Source: Nitrospinaceae bacterium
GTDB taxonomy: Bacteria > Nitrospinota > Nitrospinia > Nitrospinales > Nitrospinaceae
DNA length: 64,000 nt
Reading direction: 5' to 3'
Assembly: GCA_965223665.1 (NCBI GenBank)
Contig: OZ245011.1
Span: 3,872,001 to 3,936,000, forward strand
The notes beneath the pieces are model-generated. The model saw nothing but the letters and a program-made list of their open reading frames with translations. It had not been told where the DNA came from and did not search any database. This document shows positions 1 to 8,866 of this stretch, in pieces. Positions within the stretch are counted from its first letter, which is position 1, and every line of letters begins with the position of its first letter. The translations under genes were made by a program, and so were the position numbers.

Positions 1-1
1 A

Positions 2-340
2 AGAATGCAATTGGAAGAAAGAGGATTTAGAGTCATTGAAGCAACAAATGGAGAAGAAGCAATCGAATTGCTGCATAGTGAAAATAATTTAGTTAATGTA
101 GGCCTGATGCTTTGTGATATCCGGATGCCAAAAGTTAACGGAGTGGAAGCAATTGACTATTTGAAACAACATGCTCCGGGGATTCCTATTGTGGTTATAA
201 CAGGATATCCTGATACGCAATTGGCCACAGAGCTTATGAAAAAGGGTGTTAAAGACTACCTTGTCAAACCAGTCGAAAAGGACAAGCTTATTCAGGTCGT
301 GGACAATATAATTGCTGTTGGTAAGGATTTTGAGTATTAG
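2..340 (+). CDS. CheY-like response regulator receiver protein (5'-truncated by window edge)
   Basis: Receiver motifs LCDIRMP (phospho-Asp), VITG, YLVKP; the frame is open to the window start. Confidence 0.88.
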   Translation, partial: RMQLEERGFRVIEATNGEEAIELLHSENNLVNVGLMLCDIRMPKVNGVEAIDYLKQHAPGIPIVVITGYPDTQLATELMKKGVKDYLVKPVEKDKLIQVVDNIIAVGKDFEY

Positions 341-363
341 AATGGTGTAACCTTAAAATTAAT

Positions 364-403
364 AAAGGCTTTGTAACCTTTGGGTTGCAAAGCCTTTTTT
401 TTT
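364..403 (+). terminator. Intrinsic terminator after the receiver gene
   Basis: AAAGGCTTTGTAACC / GGTTGCAAAGCCTTT inverted repeat (one G-U pair) followed by a T-run. Confidence 0.8.
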
Positions 404-425
404 CGTCTAAATTATCATCAATCTT

Positions 426-773
426 ATGAAAATGATCAAATGCTACATTCGATATGAAAAATTGGATGAAGTGAGAGAAAAACTTTTTGCACTTGGTGTT
501 CCCGGTTTGTCAGTTAGTGAAGTTAAGGGGATTGGGAAACCACTTAGCCAAATGCGTTCTGACTCTAATTCTACACTGGATAAGGTTCCGCATTTCCGGC
601 CCCGAATGGAAGTTACCATTGTTTTAGAAAATGAAGGTGTTGAGGAAGTTATCCAAGCTTTAGAAGATACATTGCGAACAGGTAGTTTAGGGGACGGTAA
701 AATTTTTGTGCTTCCTGTTGAAGATGCAATTCGCGTTCGTACAGGCGAAAGAGGCAGACAAGCGCTTTATTAA
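426..773 (+). CDS. P-II family signal transduction protein (divergent T-loop)
   Basis: KLDEV..L...G..G.SVSEVKG N-terminus and TG..GDGKIFV.PVE.AIRVRTGERG PII C-terminal signature. Confidence 0.9.
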   Translation: MKMIKCYIRYEKLDEVREKLFALGVPGLSVSEVKGIGKPLSQMRSDSNSTLDKVPHFRPRMEVTIVLENEGVEEVIQALEDTLRTGSLGDGKIFVLPVEDAIRVRTGERGRQALY

Positions 774-813
774 GAATTAACTCTCCTGATTCACCAATAC
801 CTGCTTCATAAAA

Positions 814-1527
814 GTGGAGCAGTTAACCGCTAGAATGAACTTAATCCAGCAGAATCTTTCCGCTGTTAAAAACAAGATTGATCAAGCAATAAAAAGATCT
901 GGAAGGGACCCTCAACAGGTCCGCCTGGTTGCTGTTTCTAAACAAGTGGCGGTATCAAATATTTTAATAGCTTATCAAGCAGGTCAGTTAATTTTTGGGG
1001 AAAATAAAATACAAGAAGCACATCAAAAAATTGAAGAATGTAAGAACTATAATATAGGCTGGCATTTTATTGGTCATTTGCAAAAAAATAAAGCTAAATG
1101 GATTCCCGGATTTTTTGAATTAGTCCACTCAGTTGATGACTTTGAATTGGCAGAGCGAATTCATAAGTTTAGTTTAAAGCAAGATTTGGTTACAAAAATA
1201 CTGGTTCAGGTAAATATTGCTGGAGAGTCCTCCAAGTTTGGAGTCTCTTCAACCCATTTGATGAAATTGCTCAAAGATATTTCTCCTTTGGAAGGAATTT
1301 CGGTAAGAGGTTTAATGTGTATTCCACCCTATGATTTAGACCCAGAGAAATCTAGAAAATACTTTGTGCAGTTGAGGGAATTGCGTGACAAAATGGTTAA
1401 AGAAAATATATCAAACATTTTTTTAGATGAATTATCGATGGGAATGTCAAACGATTTTGAAATTGCAATTGAAGAAGGTGCCACCTTAGTTCGGGTGGGT
1501 ACGTCGATTTTTGGATCCAGGGATTAG
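814..1527 (+). CDS. yggS: PLP homeostasis protein, YggS/PLPBP family (ATG at 835 is an alternative start)
   Basis: LVAVSK, FGENKIQE, WHFIGHLQKNK, LSMGMS.D...AIEEGAT.VRVGT.IFG motifs; adjacent to proC. Confidence 0.95.
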   Translation: MEQLTARMNLIQQNLSAVKNKIDQAIKRSGRDPQQVRLVAVSKQVAVSNILIAYQAGQLIFGENKIQEAHQKIEECKNYNIGWHFIGHLQKNKAKWIPGFFELVHSVDDFELAERIHKFSLKQDLVTKILVQVNIAGESSKFGVSSTHLMKLLKDISPLEGISVRGLMCIPPYDLDPEKSRKYFVQLRELRDKMVKENISNIFLDELSMGMSNDFEIAIEEGATLVRVGTSIFGSRD

Positions 1528-1578
1528 CTGGAAACCCAATTCAATAAAATTTTGCAAGAAAATAAGGAGAAACCCTAA

Positions 1579-2418
1579 GTGTTACGAGGAAAAAAAATAG
1601 GTTTTTTAGGTGGTGGAAATATGGCGGAGGCCATGATCAAAGGTTTATTGTCAGCTTCTTTTATCGAATCAAAAAATATTATTTCTTCAGATCTATCTGA
1701 TGAACGATTGCAAATTTTAAAAGATAAATACAGCATTCATGTCTCCCAGGACAATAGAGACATGGCGAAAAACTCAGACATAATAATTATTGCTGTAAAA
1801 CCACAAGCCATAAAAAATGTTTTGTCTGAGATCTACGATTTGATTAATGAAAATAAGCTAATAATATCTGTCGCTGCAGGTGTTTCTATTAAGTCATTAG
1901 AATCATATTTAAATTTGGATGGGCATAGTAAAGTGAATGTAATTCGATCAATGCCAAATACTCCTGCCCTAGTTCAAGCAGGGGTAACTGCATTGGCTTC
2001 TGGTCATAATGTTTCAAAATCAAATTTAAAAATTGGTCACCGAATATTTGAAGCCATTGGGAAAACTGTTGATGTTGATGAAACCCATTTAGATGCCGTC
2101 ACCGGTCTTAGTGGAAGTGGCCCAGCATATATTTTTACTATCATTGAGGCTTTATCCGATGCGGGAGTTAAAATGGGTTTATCTCGGGAAGTTGCAAACA
2201 TCCTAACTATTCAAACCGTTTTGGGGTCTGCAAAGCTGGCGTTAGAAACTGGGAAACATCCGGGTGAATTAAAAGATATGGTGACTTCCCCTGGAGGAAC
2301 TACTATTTCTGGATTGCATACTATAGAAAAGGGTGGTTTAAGAACTACTCTGATCAATGCTGTAGAGGAAGCTACGAAACGTTCCATAATGCTTGGTAAA
2401 GGAACTATTGGATCTTAA
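1579..2418 (+). CDS. proC: Pyrroline-5-carboxylate reductase
   Basis: GFLGGGNMA, AVKPQ, R.MPNTP, TGLSGSGPAY, VTSPGGTT. Confidence 0.97.
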   Translation: MLRGKKIGFLGGGNMAEAMIKGLLSASFIESKNIISSDLSDERLQILKDKYSIHVSQDNRDMAKNSDIIIIAVKPQAIKNVLSEIYDLINENKLIISVAAGVSIKSLESYLNLDGHSKVNVIRSMPNTPALVQAGVTALASGHNVSKSNLKIGHRIFEAIGKTVDVDETHLDAVTGLSGSGPAYIFTIIEALSDAGVKMGLSREVANILTIQTVLGSAKLALETGKHPGELKDMVTSPGGTTISGLHTIEKGGLRTTLINAVEEATKRSIMLGKGTIGS

Positions 2419-2635
2419 AGGAATTTAGTTGACGACTTATACCTAGGGGATCATATTAATTGAAAAGAGTAGGTAAGTAATTTGGAATGATTTGGGAGGG
2501 GCCTACTTTTTAAATTGTGTTGTATGGATTATAGGGTTGTTCAGAAAAAAAATTATATGAGAAAATAATTGTAAATGGGTAATAAATGCGGCAACCCTTT
2601 TAAAGATTAATTGAGATTCTTTTTGTCAATTCATT

Positions 2636-2869
2636 TTATTTCGCTCTATACTTTTGCCATTCCCCCCATCCACAAAGACCCAATCCAACAAATAATAACC
2701 AAGTAGGATGCAAAACTTGTTCAGGTTTTTGAAAATATAGAATTAGCATTAATGCTACACCGGCCATCGTAATCACCAATCCCCAATGAAGCTTATCCAT
2801 TCCCTTGCAAAAAAGATCTGGATTTTTTAATTCTTTGCGAATTTCCGGTTTAAGTTCAAAGTGAAACAT
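2636..2869 (-). CDS. Small hypothetical membrane protein (2 TM), overlapping the larE stop
   Basis: 77 aa with two hydrophobic segments; its start lies within the last codons of larE. Confidence 0.65.
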   Translation of the reverse strand: MFHFELKPEIRKELKNPDLFCKGMDKLHWGLVITMAGVALMLILYFQKPEQVLHPTWLLFVGLGLCGWGEWQKYRAK

Positions 2870-3698
2870 TGTTATTTTCCATTTTTTCTGTTTTAGAGAT
2901 AGTTTCGTTTAAACTTCCCGTTCGGTATCCTTCTAGGTCAACAGTTACATAGTTGAATCCGAACCTTTTTAATTGGGCAACGATTGAGGAATAGTTTTCC
3001 TCTTGAAAAAACTTTTTCAGATCTGTTTTAGAGAACTCAATGCGAGCCAAATATTCATGATTGCGAACTCGGACTTGACGGTAACCTAAATTTTTAAGAA
3101 AATCCTCAGCTAACTCTATCATTCTTAATTTTTTTTCAGTAATTTTTGACCCATAAGGAATTCGGGAAGATAAGCACGCCATGGCTGGCTTATCCCAAGT
3201 GGGTAAATTGAGTTCCTTGGAAAATTCTCTTACATCTTTTTTTGTAAAAGACGCTTCACAGAGAGGACTTCGAATTTTGTTTTCTTCAGCAGATTTCAAA
3301 CCCGGACGGTGATCACCTAAATCATCTAAGTTCGTTCCGTTTGCTATGAAAGGTATCTTATATTGATCAGCAATTTTTTTAAGTTGGGAATAGAGTTCTG
3401 TTTTGCAATGGTAACAGCGGTTAGTAGGATTTTCGATATATTCTTTCGAGTCCATTTCATGGGTAGATACAACAATATGTTTGGCATCAACGAGTTTGGC
3501 AAACTGTTTGGCTTTATCCAATTCGCTAAAAGGTAAACTTGGAGATTGAGCCGTTACCGCAATGGCACTTTCGCCTAGTACCTGTTTGCTGACGGCTAAA
3601 AGTAACGCACTATCTACACCTCCAGAAAAGGCAACTAAGATACTTCCCATTTCTTTCAATATATTTTCTAATTTAATCTTCTTTTGGGTTAGGGACAT
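2856..3698 (-). CDS. larE: ATP-dependent sulfur transferase LarE (PP-loop)
   Basis: AFSGGVDS PP-loop, RCYHCK, GTN.DD..D.RPG, KPAMACLSSRIPYG, GYRTGSLN; ATG at 3698 preferred over TTG at 3719. Confidence 0.92.
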   Translation of the reverse strand: MSLTQKKIKLENILKEMGSILVAFSGGVDSALLLAVSKQVLGESAIAVTAQSPSLPFSELDKAKQFAKLVDAKHIVVSTHEMDSKEYIENPTNRCYHCKTELYSQLKKIADQYKIPFIANGTNLDDLGDHRPGLKSAEENKIRSPLCEASFTKKDVREFSKELNLPTWDKPAMACLSSRIPYGSKITEKKLRMIELAEDFLKNLGYRQVRVRNHEYLARIEFSKTDLKKFFQEENYSSIVAQLKRFGFNYVTVDLEGYRTGSLNETISKTEKMENNNVSL

Positions 3699-3750
3699 TG
3701 GGATAAATTGGAAAAGCAATAAAGAGATAAAATATCACAAAATGGAAGAC

Positions 3751-3789
3751 AAAAAAATATCCGGGAGCGGGGGGAGCCGCTCCCGGATA
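3751..3789 (-). terminator. Strong intrinsic terminator (minus strand), possibly the 3' end of an sRNA
   Basis: Perfect 13-bp stem TATCCGGGAGCGG/CCGCTCCCGGATA, 6-nt loop, 7 T on the minus strand. Confidence 0.8.
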
Positions 3790-4062
3790 AGGAGGAGGTA
3801 TAAAAGGTTTTAAGTTTTACTATCCTTATTAGCTATATTATAAACAATTTATTTGAAGACCGATGGTTTAGACTTATCCAGTTTTTAAGATCAGAAATGA
3901 TATTTTTTTTATTCTATTTTTTGAATTACACTTTCCATCAATAAAATAATATAAAACAAGGGGTTGAATAATTTAGGATAAGTTAAGAGGTGAGTTTATT
4001 AAGGCAAAAAAGGCATAAACAAGGACATCTTGGTGTCAGCTTGAGAAGTCAGCCAAGAAAAC

Positions 4063-5076
4063 CTAACCGCCAATGGCATGCATGGCCCGGGTGGGACGTT
4101 CGAAATCATCTAAATTAATTTTATGTCCTGGTTCTTTAATGACAAGAGCCTCCCGAATTCTTTGCTCAATTTGATGGTCAGTAGCACCACTTCGGATTAA
4201 CTCTTTTAAATTGTGTTCATTGGTTGAGAAAAGACAAGTTCGCAGTTTACCGTCTGCAGTCATTCTAATGCGGTTACAATAGTCACAAAAGGGATTGCTC
4301 ACGGCAGTAATAATTCCTATTTTCCCTTTGCCATCTGCAAAACGATATTCACTTGCTGGTCCAATTTCTAATGAATCCTGAATCGGGACTAAATCATATT
4401 TTTTGCCTATAATTTCTAAAATCTCATGGCCAAAGAGGACTTTATCTCTCTCCCAGATTTGGTCCGCATCTAAAGGCATAAACTCAATAAACCTTATCTC
4501 GAAACCCTCGGATCGCCCCATGTCAACCAATTTTACCAATTCGGGTTCAGAGAAATTTCGGATCGCTACAGCATTGACTTTTATAGATTGAAAACCTAAT
4601 TCTCTAGCCTCTGACATACCCTCCAGAACCTGATCTAAGCAATCTCTTCGATTTACATGGGTAAACTTTTCTTTGTCTAATGCATCTAAGCTTATATTCA
4701 ATCTTTGTAATCCAGCCTCTTTTAAAGCCTTTGCATGTTGCTTTAGAAAAAATGCATTAGTAGTCATTGCTATGTCTTCAATGCCATCTACGCTCTTAAG
4801 CATCCGAATCAGTAGGGGTAGATCTTTCCTTAAGAGGGGTTCTCCGCCTGTTAATCGAAGGCGAAAAATTCCCATACGAGAGACTACTTCAACGACGCGT
4901 TGGATTTCTTCAAAGGATAGTAAATTTGAACGATCCATAAACTCAACATTGTCTGCAGGCATACAATAAGTACAGCGAAAATTACAACGATCTGTCACTG
5001 AGATCCGCAAATTAACAATTTTACGTCCCATTCCATCAATGAGTTCAGGCCGTTTAACTTTATTAGTTTCTTCCAT
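4063..5076 (-). CDS. moaA: GTP 3',8-cyclase (molybdenum cofactor biosynthesis)
   Basis: LRISVTDRCNFRCTYC, LTGGEP, FCDYCNRIR....GKLRTCL, C-terminal IGG. Confidence 0.97.
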   Translation of the reverse strand: MEETNKVKRPELIDGMGRKIVNLRISVTDRCNFRCTYCMPADNVEFMDRSNLLSFEEIQRVVEVVSRMGIFRLRLTGGEPLLRKDLPLLIRMLKSVDGIEDIAMTTNAFFLKQHAKALKEAGLQRLNISLDALDKEKFTHVNRRDCLDQVLEGMSEARELGFQSIKVNAVAIRNFSEPELVKLVDMGRSEGFEIRFIEFMPLDADQIWERDKVLFGHEILEIIGKKYDLVPIQDSLEIGPASEYRFADGKGKIGIITAVSNPFCDYCNRIRMTADGKLRTCLFSTNEHNLKELIRSGATDHQIEQRIREALVIKEPGHKINLDDFERPTRAMHAIGG

Positions 5077-5568
5077 TGGGGTATCTTTTGGCTGTATTAT
5101 TTATAAACAAAACTCTTTTAGAGATTTTCTCTGAAAAAAAATTAATTCTTTTTATCTGAATTATATTTTGCAAATTATACTCTTTTTGATAATTAGATGC
5201 ACTGGAATTGTCATATTGGAGGATTAAACAAAGTAAACCAGATCAAGTTTTATTTAATTTTTAATTCATAGGATTGTCATTTCTTTAAAAAGAGCTCCAA
5301 TTAGGATGTTTTTGTGAAAATTCTCTTTATAACTATTTGAATTTATTGAACCTGCTGATGGTTTGTAGATTTTTATCTGATGAAATTTGCCTGATATTGA
5401 TGAAAACTAAGAACTTTAACAGGCCTTTCGCATCTAAATTACGGTAAATGGCAATAATTAAAGGATTTATTATTCGGCTTTCAAGGAACTTTGATATAGA
5501 ATAAATCCTTCAATTTTTAAATAACTAATACAAAAATTTAACCAACAAAAGGTTGAAATAAAAGCCCT

Positions 5569-6321
5569 ATGTCTGTTGTTGAAGAAAAGTTTTCATCAAA
5601 GTTTGATGAGGCTGCAAGTAAACCCAAAAATCGTGGAGCATATTATCAGGAAGATGCTGCCGATAAAGGATTAGCACTAGTAGAGGCAAAATTTAAGGAT
5701 ATGAAATTATATTGGTTGGTTGATACTCAGGAAGATCGAGTATACAGTGCCAAATTCTTTGCATATGGTGGAAAAGTTTCTATAGCGATTTGTGAAACCC
5801 TTTGTTCTATGGTGAAAGGCTTAACCATTGAGGAAGCCTGTTCGCTATTAGGGGCTGATGTTGAAAATGCGCTGAGGGATTCTCCGGAGGAACCTGCTGT
5901 ACCGGAATCAAAAAAATTAGCTTTTGGAAATATTCCTGAGCTATTGAAACTTATAAAAGAAAAATATCCAGAAGCCAAAGCAATCGCATTAGCAAGTCAA
6001 TCCATTAAAGATACCGGGGTCAAACCTGCGAGTGCTAAAGAGCTTACTCTTCAAGAACAAGCATGGTTAGGTTTAAGTGAGGAAGAACAAATCCAGCAAA
6101 TAAATATAGTTTTAGATGAAAAAATTCGACCTGCACTTATGAATGATGGAGGAAATGTGCAGGTTATGGAAGTGGTTGATGGAGAAAAAATAATCATTCA
6201 ATACCAAGGTGCGTGTGGGAGTTGCGGATCTTCTTTGGGAGCTACCCTTTCTTTTATTGAGCAAACCTTGAGAAAAAGCATTTACAATGATTTGCAAGTA
6301 GTTCCTAACTCAGTTCTTTAA
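5569..6321 (+). CDS. NifU-family protein: degenerate IscU-like N-domain plus C-terminal Nfu domain
   Basis: IRPAL..DGG.V and YQGACGSC Nfu motif; N-domain P.NRG, KLYW.VD, AKF.A.G resembles IscU/NifU_N; first gene of the suf cluster. Confidence 0.85.
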   Translation: MSVVEEKFSSKFDEAASKPKNRGAYYQEDAADKGLALVEAKFKDMKLYWLVDTQEDRVYSAKFFAYGGKVSIAICETLCSMVKGLTIEEACSLLGADVENALRDSPEEPAVPESKKLAFGNIPELLKLIKEKYPEAKAIALASQSIKDTGVKPASAKELTLQEQAWLGLSEEEQIQQINIVLDEKIRPALMNDGGNVQVMEVVDGEKIIIQYQGACGSCGSSLGATLSFIEQTLRKSIYNDLQVVPNSVL

Positions 6322-6416
6322 TGATTTCTTGTTCCTCTATTGGACCTTTTTAAATAGTTTTTATTAATAGGTGCTTTCCAAAATTTCTTTCTTTATTTGA
6401 AAGAAGGAGTCTTAAA

Positions 6417-7880
6417 ATGACAGATGAATTAAATCCAAAATTGACTGATATGGATGAAGTATTGGCCAACACGGATTATAAATATGGATTTCAAACAGAA
6501 GTAGATGCAGAAGTTTTACCAAAAGGACTTAATGAAGAGGTTATTCGGACGATCTCAAAAAAGAAAAATGAACCTGAGTTCATGTTGGAATTCCGTTTGA
6601 AGGCCTATCGAAAATGGTTGACGATGGAAGAACCCAAATGGCCGAATGTTCAATATCCTCCTATTGATTACCAGGACATTTCATACTACTCAGCACCCAA
6701 GCCGAAAAAGAAACTCAAAAGCTTGGATGAAGTCGACCCTGAAATATTGCGCACGTTTGACAAATTAGGAATCCCTCTTGACGAACAGAAAAAGTTGTCA
6801 AATGTTGCCGTAGACGCTGTCTTTGACAGTGTTAGTGTCGCCACAACCCATAAGAAAAAACTGATGGAAGTGGGTATTATTTTTTGTTCAATATCTGAGG
6901 CATTGCAAGAATACCCCGAACTTGTGGAAGAGTATCTAGGTACGGTGGTACCCATTGGTGACAATTTCTACTCGGCTCTAAATAGTGCGGTCTTTACTGA
7001 TGGATCATTCGTATATATTCCACCGGATACCATCTCCCCTATGGAACTTTCCACTTATTTTCGAATTAACACTGAAGAAACCGGACAATTTGAAAGAACA
7101 TTGATAATTTGTGCTGAGAATAGTTATGTCTCTTATTTGGAGGGTTGTACTGCTCCCCAATTCGATACGAATCAACTTCATGCCGCCGTAGTTGAACTGG
7201 TTACATTGGATAATGCTGAAATAAAATACAGCACGGTTCAAAATTGGTATGCAGGCGATCCAGAAACAGGAAAAGGTGGAATTTATAATTTTGTAACTAA
7301 ACGTGGAAAATGTTTGGGAGAAAAATCTAAAATTTCTTGGACCCAAGTCGAGACAGGATCTGCGATTACCTGGAAATACCCTAGCTGTATTTTGCAGGGT
7401 GATAATAGTCAGGGAGAGTTTTTTTCTGTGGCGCTTACTAATGGATTAATGCAGGCAGATACGGGGACGAAAATGATCCATATTGGAAAAAATACGCGAT
7501 CCAGTATTATTTCGAAAGGAATCTCTGCAGATAAATCCAGTAATAGTTATCGGGGATTGGTTAAAGTTAATAAGAATGCTGAAAATGCCCGCAATTATAC
7601 GCAATGTGACAGTATGTTGGTGGGGGATCAAAGTAGTGCTCACACTTTCCCTTATATCGAAACAGCTAATAGCTCGGTTCAGCTTGAACATGAAGCCTCC
7701 ACTTCAAAAATTAGTGAAGAGCAATTGTTTTACTTTGAACAGCGAGGAATTTCTAGAGAGAATGCAATAACAGCACTAATTAATGGGTTTTGCAAGGAAG
7801 TGTTTAAACAGCTTCCAATGGAGTTTGCCGTTGAAGCAGAAAAGTTGTTGACTTTGAAGCTAGAAAATAGTGTTGGATAA
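6417..7880 (+). CDS. sufB: Fe-S cluster assembly protein SufB
   Basis: [54 protein letters not shown]. Confidence 0.97.
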   Translation: MTDELNPKLTDMDEVLANTDYKYGFQTEVDAEVLPKGLNEEVIRTISKKKNEPEFMLEFRLKAYRKWLTMEEPKWPNVQYPPIDYQDISYYSAPKPKKKLKSLDEVDPEILRTFDKLGIPLDEQKKLSNVAVDAVFDSVSVATTHKKKLMEVGIIFCSISEALQEYPELVEEYLGTVVPIGDNFYSALNSAVFTDGSFVYIPPDTISPMELSTYFRINTEETGQFERTLIICAENSYVSYLEGCTAPQFDTNQLHAAVVELVTLDNAEIKYSTVQNWYAGDPETGKGGIYNFVTKRGKCLGEKSKISWTQVETGSAITWKYPSCILQGDNSQGEFFSVALTNGLMQADTGTKMIHIGKNTRSSIISKGISADKSSNSYRGLVKVNKNAENARNYTQCDSMLVGDQSSAHTFPYIETANSSVQLEHEASTSKISEEQLFYFEQRGISRENAITALINGFCKEVFKQLPMEFAVEAEKLLTLKLENSVG

Positions 7881-8106
7881 AAATTATTGGGGTTGCAGTC
7901 GCATTTAGAAATAAAAAGATTTTCGAAGCTTCAAAGCTTTTATTTAAAAAATTCGCTTAATTTTGATTTTAGGTGTGCTTTAAGTTGTTAAATTGAAGGC
8001 CAGGTAGGGAATTTCCCGAAAAAATATGCCTGGCTTCATTCATTTTATATTTGTCGATAGTGGAATAGGTGAATTCCATTGTTTGAAACATATTTGAGGA
8101 TCGAAA

Positions 8107-8856
8107 ATGCTTGAAATAAAAGATTTACATGCAGGTTTTGATGGTACAGAAATAGTTAAGGGAGTAAACCTTTCAGTGAATAGAGGTGAAATTCATGCGG
8201 TAATGGGGCCCAATGGTTCCGGTAAAAGCACCTTATCTAAAGTTTTAGCAGGCCACCCCGCTTATCAGGTGAGTAAGGGCACTGTGACTTTAGATGGGAA
8301 AGATCTTTTGGATATGGATCCAGAAGTAAGGGCTCTAGAAGGAGTGTTTATGGGTTTTCAATATCCTGTAGAAATTCCTGGTGTAAATAATGCTGAGTTT
8401 TTACGCATGGCTTTTAATGCGAAAAAAGTCCACTTGGGGGAAGAGGAGATTGATCCACTCGATTTTGATGAAATTCTTGATGAAAAAATGAAATTAGTGG
8501 GAATGGATAAGAAATATAAAAATCGATTTTTAAATGAAGGTTTCTCTGGGGGAGAAAAAAAGAAAAATGAAATCTTACAGATGGCTATTTTAGAACCTAA
8601 ATTAGCAATTTTAGATGAGACAGACTCTGGATTAGACATTGATGCTTTAAAGGTAGTGGCTGAAGGAGTGAATAAACTAGTAAACCAAAACAACGCGTTA
8701 ATTTTGATCACCCATTATCAGCGCCTCTTAAACTATATTCAACCGGACTTCGTCCATGTTTTTAGCCAGGGCCAAATTATAAAGTCCGGTGATAAAGGTT
8801 TGGCTAAAGAATTAGAAGCCGAAGGTTACGATAAATTAACTGCTGCTGCTAAGTAG
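8107..8856 (+). CDS. sufC: Fe-S cluster assembly ATPase SufC
   Basis: GPNGSGKST, FQYPVEIPGV, NEGFSGGEKK, LDETDSGLD, ITHYQRLL. Confidence 0.97.
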   Translation: MLEIKDLHAGFDGTEIVKGVNLSVNRGEIHAVMGPNGSGKSTLSKVLAGHPAYQVSKGTVTLDGKDLLDMDPEVRALEGVFMGFQYPVEIPGVNNAEFLRMAFNAKKVHLGEEEIDPLDFDEILDEKMKLVGMDKKYKNRFLNEGFSGGEKKKNEILQMAILEPKLAILDETDSGLDIDALKVVAEGVNKLVNQNNALILITHYQRLLNYIQPDFVHVFSQGQIIKSGDKGLAKELEAEGYDKLTAAAK

Positions 8857-8866
8857 GAGAAATAGA

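Noticed and set aside
3562-3813. 83-aa plus-strand ORF
   Set aside because: Antisense shadow of larE running into the terminator hairpin; no protein-like features
3841-3867. Possible sigma-28 promoter (TAAA...CCGAT)
   Set aside because: Spacing and -10 match are imperfect, and there is no plus-strand gene downstream
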